NCBI GenBank assembly: GCA_000004985.1
Contig: GG738948.1
DNA from: Naegleria gruberi
Taxonomy: Eukaryota
DNA length: 33,919 nucleotides
Strand: one strand, 5' to 3'
In this document: in pieces, positions 1 to 10,735 of the stretch
How positions within the stretch are numbered: the stretch's first letter is position 1
Layout of the letters: every line of letters starts with the position of its first letter
The notes under the pieces: generated by a model
Seen by the model: only the letters and a program-made list of their open reading frames with translations
The model's database searches: none
What the model was told of the DNA's origin: nothing
Made by a program: the position numbers and the translations under genes

Positions 1-1236
1 TTTTGCAATATTTGATTTCATAATAAGTGGTAAGAGTTGTGGAATATTATAAGTATTTCTCAGACCAAAATATTCTAATGTTGGATACTNTCCATTATCT
101 GATTCTGAAAGCAGTTCTGTTAAATTTTTTTCTGTAATATCATTATTGTAATGTGACAGGTCGATCATTTTACTTCTTATTTGACAGGGTGACCCTAACC
201 ATAATTCTAAATGTTTCAATTGTGGGAATGAGCAGTTAAGAATTGATTGTAACATGGAATTTTCCATTACTCCTGTTCTTATAATTAATACTTTCAAGTT
301 GTTCAATTTAACTGGCTCTTGAAAATCACAATATCCAGCTAGATAGAGAAATTTAAGATTTTTGAAATATTTTAGTATTGAAATAGAAGTATAACAGGAA
401 TTTCGTACATAATCATTGGTTGACTTGGTATTTTCTACATAAAATTTTTTCAAACTTGAAAGAAGAAGAAGAAACTAACCTCGTATGGAAATAATATTAT
501 TCAACTCAATTGGTTCGTAAGCTTCCTGTTGTTCTATTATATAATTATTAAACGATTCATGAAAGTAATTAGAACTTGGATAGCTCAACGATAATTCTTC
601 AAAAGTTTTCAATTTTTCAATAATGTCCTGTGTTTCCTTGACCAGTTCAACTGCTGGTCTCATTTTTCCATCTCCTATTTGTGCACTTTTCAATTCATTT
701 TTAAAGAATTTTAAAATATCCAATCTGTCTTTGATAATCTTTTTGATAATATTCAACAGTAGTTGTTTTTCATTCTTAATACTAGTGCTGCGTTGAGTCA
801 TTTTCTAAATTGATTCTTGCCACTTTTTTCTAATACATTCCAATTTTTCATCTGTCATTCTCCCAGATTGCAAAAGCATTCTCTCACAATTACTGGATAA
901 CTCATTATTTGCTGAACTGAAAGATACACAATTAAATAGTACTGGTAGTTGCACTGATGATAATGCAATTCTCTTATTAATAAATAACTCGTTATACATA
1001 TTAATAAAAAGAAATCTATTATTTGCAATCTTTCCATAATATTCCTTATTCAATAATAAACAACTTGTAATTGTTTTGTAATCCAAATATTGAAAAACAA
1101 TATAACAAATAATATCGGAGGAGAGATTTTTGAATGAACTGTTTGTTGGAGAGAGGAGAGCAAAATCGGGACAATTCTCGCTCCAATCATCACCACGATC
1201 AAACGTATCATTGTGCTGATGACAGTGATTATACAT
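1..1236 (-). pseudogene. F-box-like/LRR-like protein gene (N-terminus at 1236, continues past window start), read as three co-linear same-frame segments (1236-808, 801-478, 471-1) separated by two in-frame TAG codons at 805-807 and 475-477
   Basis: The minus-strand ORF 805..1236 contains an F-box-like motif (LSSDIICYIVFQYLDYKTITSCLLLNKEYY). The same frame continues after TAG into ORF 475..801, and again after a second TAG into an LRR-like stretch (…LKVLIIRTGVMENSMLQSILNCSFPQLKHLELWLGS…LEYFGLRNT…) that runs off the window start. There is no frameshift; only the two amber codons break the frame. Confidence 0.4.
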
Positions 1237-1380
1237 TTTTTTTTGATTTTTGTAAATTAATAATTTGCTGAATTGGATTTCATAGCCTTAGAAACTCAAG
1301 TGTTGGTCATGTGAGCATCTAAGGTTTCCCTTGTTAGAACTTGGAATTGGGCTGATATTTCACATTTTGAGGTAATGAAT

Positions 1381-1499
1381 GGCTACGGCCATATCACGAT
1401 GAATGCACCTCATCCCGTCCGATTTGAGAAGTTAAGCATCGTCGAGCCACATCAGTACTGAGGTTGGAGACAACTTGGGAACCTGTGGTGCTGTAGTCT
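1381..1499 (+). rRNA. 5S ribosomal RNA gene (dispersed, single copy in window)
   Basis: The sequence ggctacggccatatc…tcccgtccgat…gttaagc…agtactgagg…tgggaa…ggtgctgtagtc matches conserved 5S blocks (GGCCATA, CCCGTCCGAT, GTTAAGC, AGTAC, GGTGCTG). The 5' GGCTACGGC pairs with the 3' GCTGTAGTC to form helix I. Length is about 118 nt and it is followed directly by a T7 run. Confidence 0.85.
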
Positions 1500-1505
1500 T
1501 TTTTT
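1499..1505 (+). terminator. RNA polymerase III oligo(T) terminator of the 5S gene
   Basis: A run of 7 T immediately after the 5S 3' end. Confidence 0.6.
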
Positions 1506-1521
1506 CATTTCAAAATTTGTT

Positions 1522-1564
1522 GCAGATTAACAGTCTGACGCTCTACCGACTGAGCTAGACGGGC
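1522..1564 (-). pseudogene. tRNA 5' half fragment: acceptor stem, D-arm, anticodon stem-loop with anticodon GTT and a Lys-tRNA-like body; 3' half absent
   Basis: The reverse complement reads GCCCGTC-TA-GCTC-AGTCGGTA-GAGC-G-TCAGA-CTGTTAA-TCTG, a canonical tRNA from position 1 to about 42, with a D-arm identical to eukaryotic tRNA-Lys. No T-arm (GGTTCGA..CC) and no 3' acceptor strand follow. The sequence instead runs into the antisense of the 5S gene 17 nt later. Confidence 0.45.
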
Positions 1565-1578
1565 TACATTTGATGACC

Positions 1579-2001
1579 TTAATTGTCCCTAATAATAGCT
1601 TGTTGGAAGAGTTTTTCTCTATCATAGTGAACTGAGGAAACATCCATAATTTCCTTGCTCTTTTCCAAAAGGGAAGAAGCTGTTGTAGTACGGCAAATGT
1701 AAAGAAGTTTTTTACAAAGGTCCAAATCATAGATAATACATCTTTCTGGATACATCAATTTCACACATTGGACAACCATATTTTCATAAGCATCCAAATC
1801 AGAGTCTAATTTAGAAATAGATTGAATGGTGTATGAGGAGAGTCTGAGCATTAAAAGTTTGTCTTGATTACTTTGAGTTGATTCATATTCCTTCAATTTA
1901 GATTCAATTGCCGATTCAATTGATGAAATATCCTTCTTGTATTTCTTTGTTGATTCATTGAGAACTTGTTTGGCAACCTTGCAATATTCTCTGTTTACCA
2001 A
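1579..2001 (-). CDS. hypothetical protein, C-terminal fragment (TAA stop at 1579-1581; 5' part lies in N-gap)
   Basis: A 141-codon open frame on the minus strand (…LLEKSKEIMDVSSVHYDREKLFQQAIIRDN*), entered from the gap. Codon usage matches neighbouring genes. I recognise no domain. Confidence 0.4.
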   Translation of the reverse strand: MVNREYCKVAKQVLNESTKKYKKDISSIESAIESKLKEYESTQSNQDKLLMLRLSSYTIQSISKLDSDLDAYENMVVQCVKLMYPERCIIYDLDLCKKLLYICRTTTASSLLEKSKEIMDVSSVHYDREKLFQQAIIRDN

Positions 2002-5000
2002 NNNNNNNNNNNNNNNNNNNNNNNNNNNNNNNNNNNNNNNNNNNNNNNNNNNNNNNNNNNNNNNNNNNNNNNNNNNNNNNNNNNNNNNNNNNNNNNNNNN
2101 NNNNNNNNNNNNNNNNNNNNNNNNNNNNNNNNNNNNNNNNNNNNNNNNNNNNNNNNNNNNNNNNNNNNNNNNNNNNNNNNNNNNNNNNNNNNNNNNNNNN
2201 NNNNNNNNNNNNNNNNNNNNNNNNNNNNNNNNNNNNNNNNNNNNNNNNNNNNNNNNNNNNNNNNNNNNNNNNNNNNNNNNNNNNNNNNNNNNNNNNNNNN
2301 NNNNNNNNNNNNNNNNNNNNNNNNNNNNNNNNNNNNNNNNNNNNNNNNNNNNNNNNNNNNNNNNNNNNNNNNNNNNNNNNNNNNNNNNNNNNNNNNNNNN
2401 NNNNNNNNNNNNNNNNNNNNNNNNNNNNNNNNNNNNNNNNNNNNNNNNNNNNNNNNNNNNNNNNNNNNNNNNNNNNNNNNNNNNNNNNNNNNNNNNNNNN
2501 NNNNNNNNNNNNNNNNNNNNNNNNNNNNNNNNNNNNNNNNNNNNNNNNNNNNNNNNNNNNNNNNNNNNNNNNNNNNNNNNNNNNNNNNNNNNNNNNNNNN
2601 NNNNNNNNNNNNNNNNNNNNNNNNNNNNNNNNNNNNNNNNNNNNNNNNNNNNNNNNNNNNNNNNNNNNNNNNNNNNNNNNNNNNNNNNNNNNNNNNNNNN
2701 NNNNNNNNNNNNNNNNNNNNNNNNNNNNNNNNNNNNNNNNNNNNNNNNNNNNNNNNNNNNNNNNNNNNNNNNNNNNNNNNNNNNNNNNNNNNNNNNNNNN
2801 NNNNNNNNNNNNNNNNNNNNNNNNNNNNNNNNNNNNNNNNNNNNNNNNNNNNNNNNNNNNNNNNNNNNNNNNNNNNNNNNNNNNNNNNNNNNNNNNNNNN
2901 NNNNNNNNNNNNNNNNNNNNNNNNNNNNNNNNNNNNNNNNNNNNNNNNNNNNNNNNNNNNNNNNNNNNNNNNNNNNNNNNNNNNNNNNNNNNNNNNNNNN
3001 NNNNNNNNNNNNNNNNNNNNNNNNNNNNNNNNNNNNNNNNNNNNNNNNNNNNNNNNNNNNNNNNNNNNNNNNNNNNNNNNNNNNNNNNNNNNNNNNNNNN
3101 NNNNNNNNNNNNNNNNNNNNNNNNNNNNNNNNNNNNNNNNNNNNNNNNNNNNNNNNNNNNNNNNNNNNNNNNNNNNNNNNNNNNNNNNNNNNNNNNNNNN
3201 NNNNNNNNNNNNNNNNNNNNNNNNNNNNNNNNNNNNNNNNNNNNNNNNNNNNNNNNNNNNNNNNNNNNNNNNNNNNNNNNNNNNNNNNNNNNNNNNNNNN
3301 NNNNNNNNNNNNNNNNNNNNNNNNNNNNNNNNNNNNNNNNNNNNNNNNNNNNNNNNNNNNNNNNNNNNNNNNNNNNNNNNNNNNNNNNNNNNNNNNNNNN
3401 NNNNNNNNNNNNNNNNNNNNNNNNNNNNNNNNNNNNNNNNNNNNNNNNNNNNNNNNNNNNNNNNNNNNNNNNNNNNNNNNNNNNNNNNNNNNNNNNNNNN
3501 NNNNNNNNNNNNNNNNNNNNNNNNNNNNNNNNNNNNNNNNNNNNNNNNNNNNNNNNNNNNNNNNNNNNNNNNNNNNNNNNNNNNNNNNNNNNNNNNNNNN
3601 NNNNNNNNNNNNNNNNNNNNNNNNNNNNNNNNNNNNNNNNNNNNNNNNNNNNNNNNNNNNNNNNNNNNNNNNNNNNNNNNNNNNNNNNNNNNNNNNNNNN
3701 NNNNNNNNNNNNNNNNNNNNNNNNNNNNNNNNNNNNNNNNNNNNNNNNNNNNNNNNNNNNNNNNNNNNNNNNNNNNNNNNNNNNNNNNNNNNNNNNNNNN
3801 NNNNNNNNNNNNNNNNNNNNNNNNNNNNNNNNNNNNNNNNNNNNNNNNNNNNNNNNNNNNNNNNNNNNNNNNNNNNNNNNNNNNNNNNNNNNNNNNNNNN
3901 NNNNNNNNNNNNNNNNNNNNNNNNNNNNNNNNNNNNNNNNNNNNNNNNNNNNNNNNNNNNNNNNNNNNNNNNNNNNNNNNNNNNNNNNNNNNNNNNNNNN
4001 NNNNNNNNNNNNNNNNNNNNNNNNNNNNNNNNNNNNNNNNNNNNNNNNNNNNNNNNNNNNNNNNNNNNNNNNNNNNNNNNNNNNNNNNNNNNNNNNNNNN
4101 NNNNNNNNNNNNNNNNNNNNNNNNNNNNNNNNNNNNNNNNNNNNNNNNNNNNNNNNNNNNNNNNNNNNNNNNNNNNNNNNNNNNNNNNNNNNNNNNNNNN
4201 NNNNNNNNNNNNNNNNNNNNNNNNNNNNNNNNNNNNNNNNNNNNNNNNNNNNNNNNNNNNNNNNNNNNNNNNNNNNNNNNNNNNNNNNNNNNNNNNNNNN
4301 NNNNNNNNNNNNNNNNNNNNNNNNNNNNNNNNNNNNNNNNNNNNNNNNNNNNNNNNNNNNNNNNNNNNNNNNNNNNNNNNNNNNNNNNNNNNNNNNNNNN
4401 NNNNNNNNNNNNNNNNNNNNNNNNNNNNNNNNNNNNNNNNNNNNNNNNNNNNNNNNNNNNNNNNNNNNNNNNNNNNNNNNNNNNNNNNNNNNNNNNNNNN
4501 NNNNNNNNNNNNNNNNNNNNNNNNNNNNNNNNNNNNNNNNNNNNNNNNNNNNNNNNNNNNNNNNNNNNNNNNNNNNNNNNNNNNNNNNNNNNNNNNNNNN
4601 NNNNNNNNNNNNNNNNNNNNNNNNNNNNNNNNNNNNNNNNNNNNNNNNNNNNNNNNNNNNNNNNNNNNNNNNNNNNNNNNNNNNNNNNNNNNNNNNNNNN
4701 NNNNNNNNNNNNNNNNNNNNNNNNNNNNNNNNNNNNNNNNNNNNNNNNNNNNNNNNNNNNNNNNNNNNNNNNNNNNNNNNNNNNNNNNNNNNNNNNNNNN
4801 NNNNNNNNNNNNNNNNNNNNNNNNNNNNNNNNNNNNNNNNNNNNNNNNNNNNNNNNNNNNNNNNNNNNNNNNNNNNNNNNNNNNNNNNNNNNNNNNNNNN
4901 NNNNNNNNNNNNNNNNNNNNNNNNNNNNNNNNNNNNNNNNNNNNNNNNNNNNNNNNNNNNNNNNNNNNNNNNNNNNNNNNNNNNNNNNNNNNNNNNNNNN

Positions 5001-6998
5001 NNNNNNNNNNNNNNNNNNNNNNNNNNNNNNNNNNNNNNNNNNNNNNNNNNNNNNNNNNNNNNNNNNNNNNNNNNNNNNNNNNNNNNNNNNNNNNNNNNNN
5101 NNNNNNNNNNNNNNNNNNNNNNNNNNNNNNNNNNNNNNNNNNNNNNNNNNNNNNNNNNNNNNNNNNNNNNNNNNNNNNNNNNNNNNNNNNNNNNNNNNNN
5201 NNNNNNNNNNNNNNNNNNNNNNNNNNNNNNNNNNNNNNNNNNNNNNNNNNNNNNNNNNNNNNNNNNNNNNNNNNNNNNNNNNNNNNNNNNNNNNNNNNNN
5301 NNNNNNNNNNNNNNNNNNNNNNNNNNNNNNNNNNNNNNNNNNNNNNNNNNNNNNNNNNNNNNNNNNNNNNNNNNNNNNNNNNNNNNNNNNNNNNNNNNNN
5401 NNNNNNNNNNNNNNNNNNNNNNNNNNNNNNNNNNNNNNNNNNNNNNNNNNNNNNNNNNNNNNNNNNNNNNNNNNNNNNNNNNNNNNNNNNNNNNNNNNNN
5501 NNNNNNNNNNNNNNNNNNNNNNNNNNNNNNNNNNNNNNNNNNNNNNNNNNNNNNNNNNNNNNNNNNNNNNNNNNNNNNNNNNNNNNNNNNNNNNNNNNNN
5601 NNNNNNNNNNNNNNNNNNNNNNNNNNNNNNNNNNNNNNNNNNNNNNNNNNNNNNNNNNNNNNNNNNNNNNNNNNNNNNNNNNNNNNNNNNNNNNNNNNNN
5701 NNNNNNNNNNNNNNNNNNNNNNNNNNNNNNNNNNNNNNNNNNNNNNNNNNNNNNNNNNNNNNNNNNNNNNNNNNNNNNNNNNNNNNNNNNNNNNNNNNNN
5801 NNNNNNNNNNNNNNNNNNNNNNNNNNNNNNNNNNNNNNNNNNNNNNNNNNNNNNNNNNNNNNNNNNNNNNNNNNNNNNNNNNNNNNNNNNNNNNNNNNNN
5901 NNNNNNNNNNNNNNNNNNNNNNNNNNNNNNNNNNNNNNNNNNNNNNNNNNNNNNNNNNNNNNNNNNNNNNNNNNNNNNNNNNNNNNNNNNNNNNNNNNNN
6001 NNNNNNNNNNNNNNNNNNNNNNNNNNNNNNNNNNNNNNNNNNNNNNNNNNNNNNNNNNNNNNNNNNNNNNNNNNNNNNNNNNNNNNNNNNNNNNNNNNNN
6101 NNNNNNNNNNNNNNNNNNNNNNNNNNNNNNNNNNNNNNNNNNNNNNNNNNNNNNNNNNNNNNNNNNNNNNNNNNNNNNNNNNNNNNNNNNNNNNNNNNNN
6201 NNNNNNNNNNNNNNNNNNNNNNNNNNNNNNNNNNNNNNNNNNNNNNNNNNNNNNNNNNNNNNNNNNNNNNNNNNNNNNNNNNNNNNNNNNNNNNNNNNNN
6301 NNNNNNNNNNNNNNNNNNNNNNNNNNNNNNNNNNNNNNNNNNNNNNNNNNNNNNNNNNNNNNNNNNNNNNNNNNNNNNNNNNNNNNNNNNNNNNNNNNNN
6401 NNNNNNNNNNNNNNNNNNNNNNNNNNNNNNNNNNNNNNNNNNNNNNNNNNNNNNNNNNNNNNNNNNNNNNNNNNNNNNNNNNNNNNNNNNNNNNNNNNNN
6501 NNNNNNNNNNNNNNNNNNNNNNNNNNNNNNNNNNNNNNNNNNNNNNNNNNNNNNNNNNNNNNNNNNNNNNNNNNNNNNNNNNNNNNNNNNNNNNNNNNNN
6601 NNNNNNNNNNNNNNNNNNNNNNNNNNNNNNNNNNNNNNNNNNNNNNNNNNNNNNNNNNNNNNNNNNNNNNNNNNNNNNNNNNNNNNNNNNNNNNNNNNNN
6701 NNNNNNNNNNNNNNNNNNNNNNNNNNNNNNNNNNNNNNNNNNNNNNNNNNNNNNNNNNNNNNNNNNNNNNNNNNNNNNNNNNNNNNNNNNNNNNNNNNNN
6801 NNNNNNNNNNNNNNNNNNNNNNNNNNNNNNNNNNNNNNNNNNNNNNNNNNNNNNNNNNNNNNNNNNNNNNNNNNNNNNNNNNNNNNNNNNNNNNNNNNNN
6901 NNNNNNNNNNNNNNNNNNNNNNNNNNNNNNNNNNNNNNNNNNNNNNNNNNNNNNNNNNNNNNNNNNNNNNNNNNNNNNNNNNNNNNNNNNNNNNNNNN
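2002..6998. other. N-run (assembly gap or masked sequence), 4,997 nt
   Basis: Uninterrupted N. Confidence 0.95.
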
Positions 6999-8356
6999 GT
7001 ATCATCCTCTGATTGAGAGGGCTAAACTTGTACATTTTGTGAATAATTACTTGCATTGTTTTGAGAGAGGGGAAGATGTTGAATTGCTTCATAATGATGG
7101 ATGGATAAAATCAAAGGGGGAATTGAGATGTATTTATGCTTTCTATTTGGGTATTTTGACATTGAGTTCACAACTGTTGGGTGAATTGGACTATGTGGAT
7201 TATATTTTGAGAAGGGCAGAATGTGAAATTGCAGCACTTTCTGTGGATCATATCACACAGTTTTATTGGGGTGCCTCTTGTCACTTGATGTTTATGACTT
7301 GTGTCGCAGAAGGAAATCAAATCAAAGCAAGCTATTATCATACCCTTATTAATTTTTATTTGGATAACGAAAAAACCTTGAGAAATAGATTTTATGCTAG
7401 TTTAGTCCATCACAAGACTCTAGTTTCGGCCAGATTTATGAAAGAATTGAATAATATGGAAAATCTGTTGGATAACATGTACCAACTGTTTTTCTACTCT
7501 GTAAATAGAAAACTCGATGAATTCTTACTGCCAGGTACTTGGGACTACATGAGAAATACCAAAATTACTCCTCAAAACTATGTACTCTTCAAACAAGTTT
7601 CTCACTTTATATTCAAGGCCCTCATGAAACACAAATCAGAAGCTATGAAAGCTCTAACTGACTGCCACAGCGATGGATACTTTAAACATCAGAGATTGTT
7701 TACAACAATTTTATCAGAAGGGTATGCATTTTTATTCTTGAAACAGATTCAAGAAGTGAGCTATTCAATGATGGAAGAAAGTGCACTCAGAATAACCTTA
7801 TTGACTGAAAATGAATTGTTTCCGTAAGTATCCAAAATCATCATATTTATAACCATTTTGAAAATTAATTAGATATTGCTTATTTGCAGTTCTTTCACCT
7901 GTTGTGGAAGCTTGTGCATTTCACTTGAATGTTTGTAAAATGGTGGAAAAAGGATTGAAACCTAGAAAAGCCAGCATTCTTACTTCCTCAGGACAAACCA
8001 TCACATTTGACAGTTTCTCAATTCTGGAGAAGGACTTTAGAGCAATCAGCTTGATGAGTAAACGATATAGACGAGTTCAAAATATGCACAAGGATCTCAT
8101 TGATGAAATGACACAAGTTCTCAATAGAAATATTTCTCCACTCAGTTTACTGAAAGATAATTTATCAATCATCAGTTCCTCTGGTACACCAAACGATGAC
8201 ATTCCATTGCAAAATGATGAAGTACTAATGAGTATTCTGAAACAACTCACCCAAGAGGAAGAAATGACTCCTAGCTCCTCACTAAATGAAGTAACTGAAG
8301 AGGCACTAACTCCTTGGGATGAAATCTTTGCAGAGGTAATTTCAGATGTAAGATAG
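6999..8356 (+). CDS. hypothetical protein, 3' portion (possible fungal-type transcription-factor middle-homology region plus acidic C-terminus); join(6999..7823,7873..8356), 5' end in N-gap
   Basis: An open frame enters from the gap (YHPLIERAKLVHFVNNYLHCF…LTENELFP). A GTAAGT donor sits at 7824 and a TTAG acceptor ends at 7872 (49-nt intron). The frame continues as …VEACAFHLNVCKMVEKGLKPRK…EEALTPWDEIFAEVISDVR and ends at TAG 8354-8356. That TAG may instead lie in another intron (a GTAATT donor at 8337) because every other gene here ends on TAA. The domain call is weak. Confidence 0.5.
7010..8314 (+). repeat. Copy A of a 1,305-bp identical duplicated segment (partner 11337..12641)
   Basis: Direct comparison of the two stretches shows no differences over the full length, including intron and coding sequence. 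The offset is 4,327 bp. Confidence 0.9.
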
Positions 8357-8553
8357 AGAGAGTTCATTGTAATTATTGAACCAGCTTATTGTTGAAAATT
8401 TCATATTTGCAAGTTCAAAAAAGTTGAAGCTAATGGAGAATTTTTGAAACTCCAAATTCATAAATTTCTTGAACTTTTTGAAATACTTTAAAATTGTTGA
8501 TTACAAATTCCAAGTTTAGATGACACAAATTTGAATAAAACAAATTGAAAAAA

Positions 8554-9495
8554 ATGAATGAAAACGAAAGCAGCTTTTACTATCAAAAGAATCATCACAC
8601 ATCATCAGTGGAAGTAGTAGTAGGAGGAGAATCAACATCTCCAATCGAAGAGGAAATTACAACACTGCAAGTTCCACAACGATCCATAAAACATCATTCA
8701 AATCTTCCAATTCAACCCATGAAGTTTGTACTCATTTCCGATACACATTGTATGCATGAAATGGTTGATCTGCCTGCAGGTGATGTTCTATTGCATTGTG
8801 GTGACTTTACCAATACTGGATTATTCACAGAAGTTGACACGTTTTTTGAATATTTAATTAAACAATGTGATGGAGTATTTAAATATATTATCATGATTGT
8901 GGGTAGGTTATGAACATGACAAATATCATCATCATCAATATATTATTACATATATTATTGATTTAATAATTAATTATTCATTAAATATATAGGAAATCAT
9001 GAATGGTCACCTGATATTATTGTCTATCCACGATTTCAAAAGTATTTCCGAGAGGAAAAATCTAAATCCACTCTCAAATCACAATATTATTTACTGTTGG
9101 ATGAAAGTGTGACGATTGTGGACGATAATAATCATTCTATCAAGATTCATGGAGTGAGATATAGAGGAAATTGGGCACCACCTTTGTTTTGTAAAAAGAC
9201 ATCGTTCAATATTCCGAATGATATTGACATTCTAATGACACACTTTCCATGTTGTAAATTCAATATGGATAGAACATCAAATGGATCATCGAGAGGATCT
9301 GAAGAGTTGACCACATTGTTGGACTCGAATCATTTCACAAATTTAAAGGTACACTGTTTTGGTCATAATCACTGTCCAAAAGCAAGAGGATTTGCCTATG
9401 AGAAGGAGAGTGACAGAATGTATATTAATGCAATTTCTGTTATTGGCAATAAGGAAGACAAACTAATTGGAAAACCTTTTGTTTTTGAATTTTAA
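8554..9495 (+). CDS. calcineurin-like metallophosphoesterase (MPP superfamily); join(8554..8902,8993..9495)
   Basis: Exon 1 carries FVLISDTHCMH and LLHCGDFTNTG (the DxH and GDxxD metal-binding motifs). A GTAGGT donor at 8903 and a TATATAG acceptor ending 8992 define a 90-nt phase-1 intron. Splicing restores the GNHE motif (G|GA AAT CAT GAA → GNHEW). Exon 2 contains HGVRY…HFP…GHNH, and the stop is TAA at 9493-9495. Confidence 0.7.
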
Positions 9496-9501
9496 AAAAA
9501 A

Positions 9502-10587
9502 ATGAAAAGAGAATCAGCTGTGACCTTTGTGTTGATTCTACACGATTTTAATCATGTGCAGACTGATCAAGAGGAAGAGGAATTTAGTCATTTAGATTGG
9601 CTCTTGAGAAAATTAACGGAAAATATGAGGAAAGGGATGAGAAAATCAAAAGATTTTTTGGAATGTGGATTGAGTGATTCTCTAAAGATTGTTGGTTGCA
9701 TTCCGAAATTATTGGTAATGCCATCCTATGATGAAGATAGTTTGGGTATTATTGCTTCTTCTTGGGAGGATTCGGAATGTGGCAAATTTTCACTTCCATA
9801 CGATGTAAAAATATCACATGAAAATCACATATTGCTAGTTGCTGATCATGGCAATAGGAGGATTCAAGCCTTTGATTTAACAACACGAGAATTTCAATAT
9901 AAAATTGATTTGGTTTTCAAACCACTTTTTATGGAAATAGATATTTATGGGAATTTATTAGTTGCAGGTGATGATGAATGTATTTATTGTTACGATTTGA
10001 TAAAGCATGAACAACTTTGGAGGAGAGGTCTAAGATTGAAACCTGGCAATGGACCCTATCAATTCAATGGAATTTGTGGAATACATGTGAATACTTTTGA
10101 AAATGGTGGAAATTATGGTGATATATTCATATCAGATTCGTCCAATCATAGAATTAAAGTGCTTTCAAAGGATGGTGACTTTTTATATGCTTTTGGAAAG
10201 AGATGTGAAAGAAAGCTCAAAATGGAGTCACCTTTTGGTATTACAGTCAATCATGAAAATCAATGTATCATATCTGATAGACATAATAATAGAGTGTATG
10301 TTACAGATACAAGAGGCAAGGTATTATTTTTCAAATTTGGTAGCAGAGGTAATGGAGTGGGTGAGTTTGAATTTCCAACATCTGTAACAGTAGACAAGAT
10401 CACAAAACAAATTCTTGTTTGTGATGGAATCACTAATAGAAGAGTTTTAATATTTTCACCAGAGGGAAATTACCTAAAATCAATCCAGTTCAGTGAGGGA
10501 AATCCAAATGGATTGTGTATCAATCATATCACTGGCGAGCTCTATATAGCAGACAAGGAAAATCATCGAATAATAATATTGAAGTAA
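9502..10587 (+). CDS. NHL-repeat (six-bladed beta-propeller) protein, 361 aa, single exon
   Basis: NHL signatures recur in the translation: NRRIQAFDL, NHRIKVLSKDGDF, NNRVYVTDTRGK, NRRVLIFSPEGN and NHRIIIL. The ATG is at 9502 and the stop is TAA. Confidence 0.75.
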   Translation: MKRESAVTFVLILHDFNHVQTDQEEEEFSHLDWLLRKLTENMRKGMRKSKDFLECGLSDSLKIVGCIPKLLVMPSYDEDSLGIIASSWEDSECGKFSLPYDVKISHENHILLVADHGNRRIQAFDLTTREFQYKIDLVFKPLFMEIDIYGNLLVAGDDECIYCYDLIKHEQLWRRGLRLKPGNGPYQFNGICGIHVNTFENGGNYGDIFISDSSNHRIKVLSKDGDFLYAFGKRCERKLKMESPFGITVNHENQCIISDRHNNRVYVTDTRGKVLFFKFGSRGNGVGEFEFPTSVTVDKITKQILVCDGITNRRVLIFSPEGNYLKSIQFSEGNPNGLCINHITGELYIADKENHRIIILK

Positions 10588-10735
10588 TAAACTTCCAACT
10601 TAATCCGTCTTCAACAATTAGTATCCTTATTGTTGTTATTCTTTCCGCCCTTTGATGACTTTTTTTTGTTCTTGTTAGATCCAGATCCTTTCTTGTCATT
10701 TTTGATGGATTCTCTATGTTTCGTCAGACATTCTT

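Noticed and set aside
1522-1564. A complete tRNA gene (Asn-GTT or Lys) on the minus strand
   Set aside because: Downstream of the anticodon stem there is no T-arm (GGTTCGA…CC) and no 3' acceptor strand. The sequence becomes antisense 5S within 17 nt. A GACGGGA that could pair with the 5' acceptor lies inside the conserved 5S CCCGTCCGAT box and is coincidental. I therefore called only a 5' fragment.
7022-7237. Minus-strand 71-aa ORFs at 7022..7237 and 11349..11564, and ORF 8077..8367(-)
   Set aside because: They are antisense to a longer plus-strand coding frame that has splice-supported structure. The two 71-aa ORFs are identical only because they lie in the duplicated segment, and I see no independent evidence for them.
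1579-7827. Very long six-frame ORFs (1579..7092-, 1937..7012+, 1966..7827+, 12231..17423+, 12404..16933-, 21192..26249+, 21521..26239+, 21568..26262+, 27409..33345-, 27438..32828-) suggesting 1,500-2,000-aa proteins
   Set aside because: They are produced by translating N-runs as X. Only the short resolved ends are real sequence, and frame continuity across a gap means nothing. Only the flanking resolved segments were considered.
8357-8553. Apparent ttgaaa/tttcaa-rich periodicity between the duplicated gene and the phosphoesterase
   Set aside because: It is low-complexity AT-rich intergenic sequence. The motif spacing is irregular and it has no inverted or tandem structure beyond chance.
8903-8992. 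The catcatcatcat run at 8927-8938 and the His-run at 33684-33698 as microsatellite features
   Set aside because: The first is within an intron. The second is an in-frame His5 tract in a hypothetical protein. Both are too short to call as repeats of interest.
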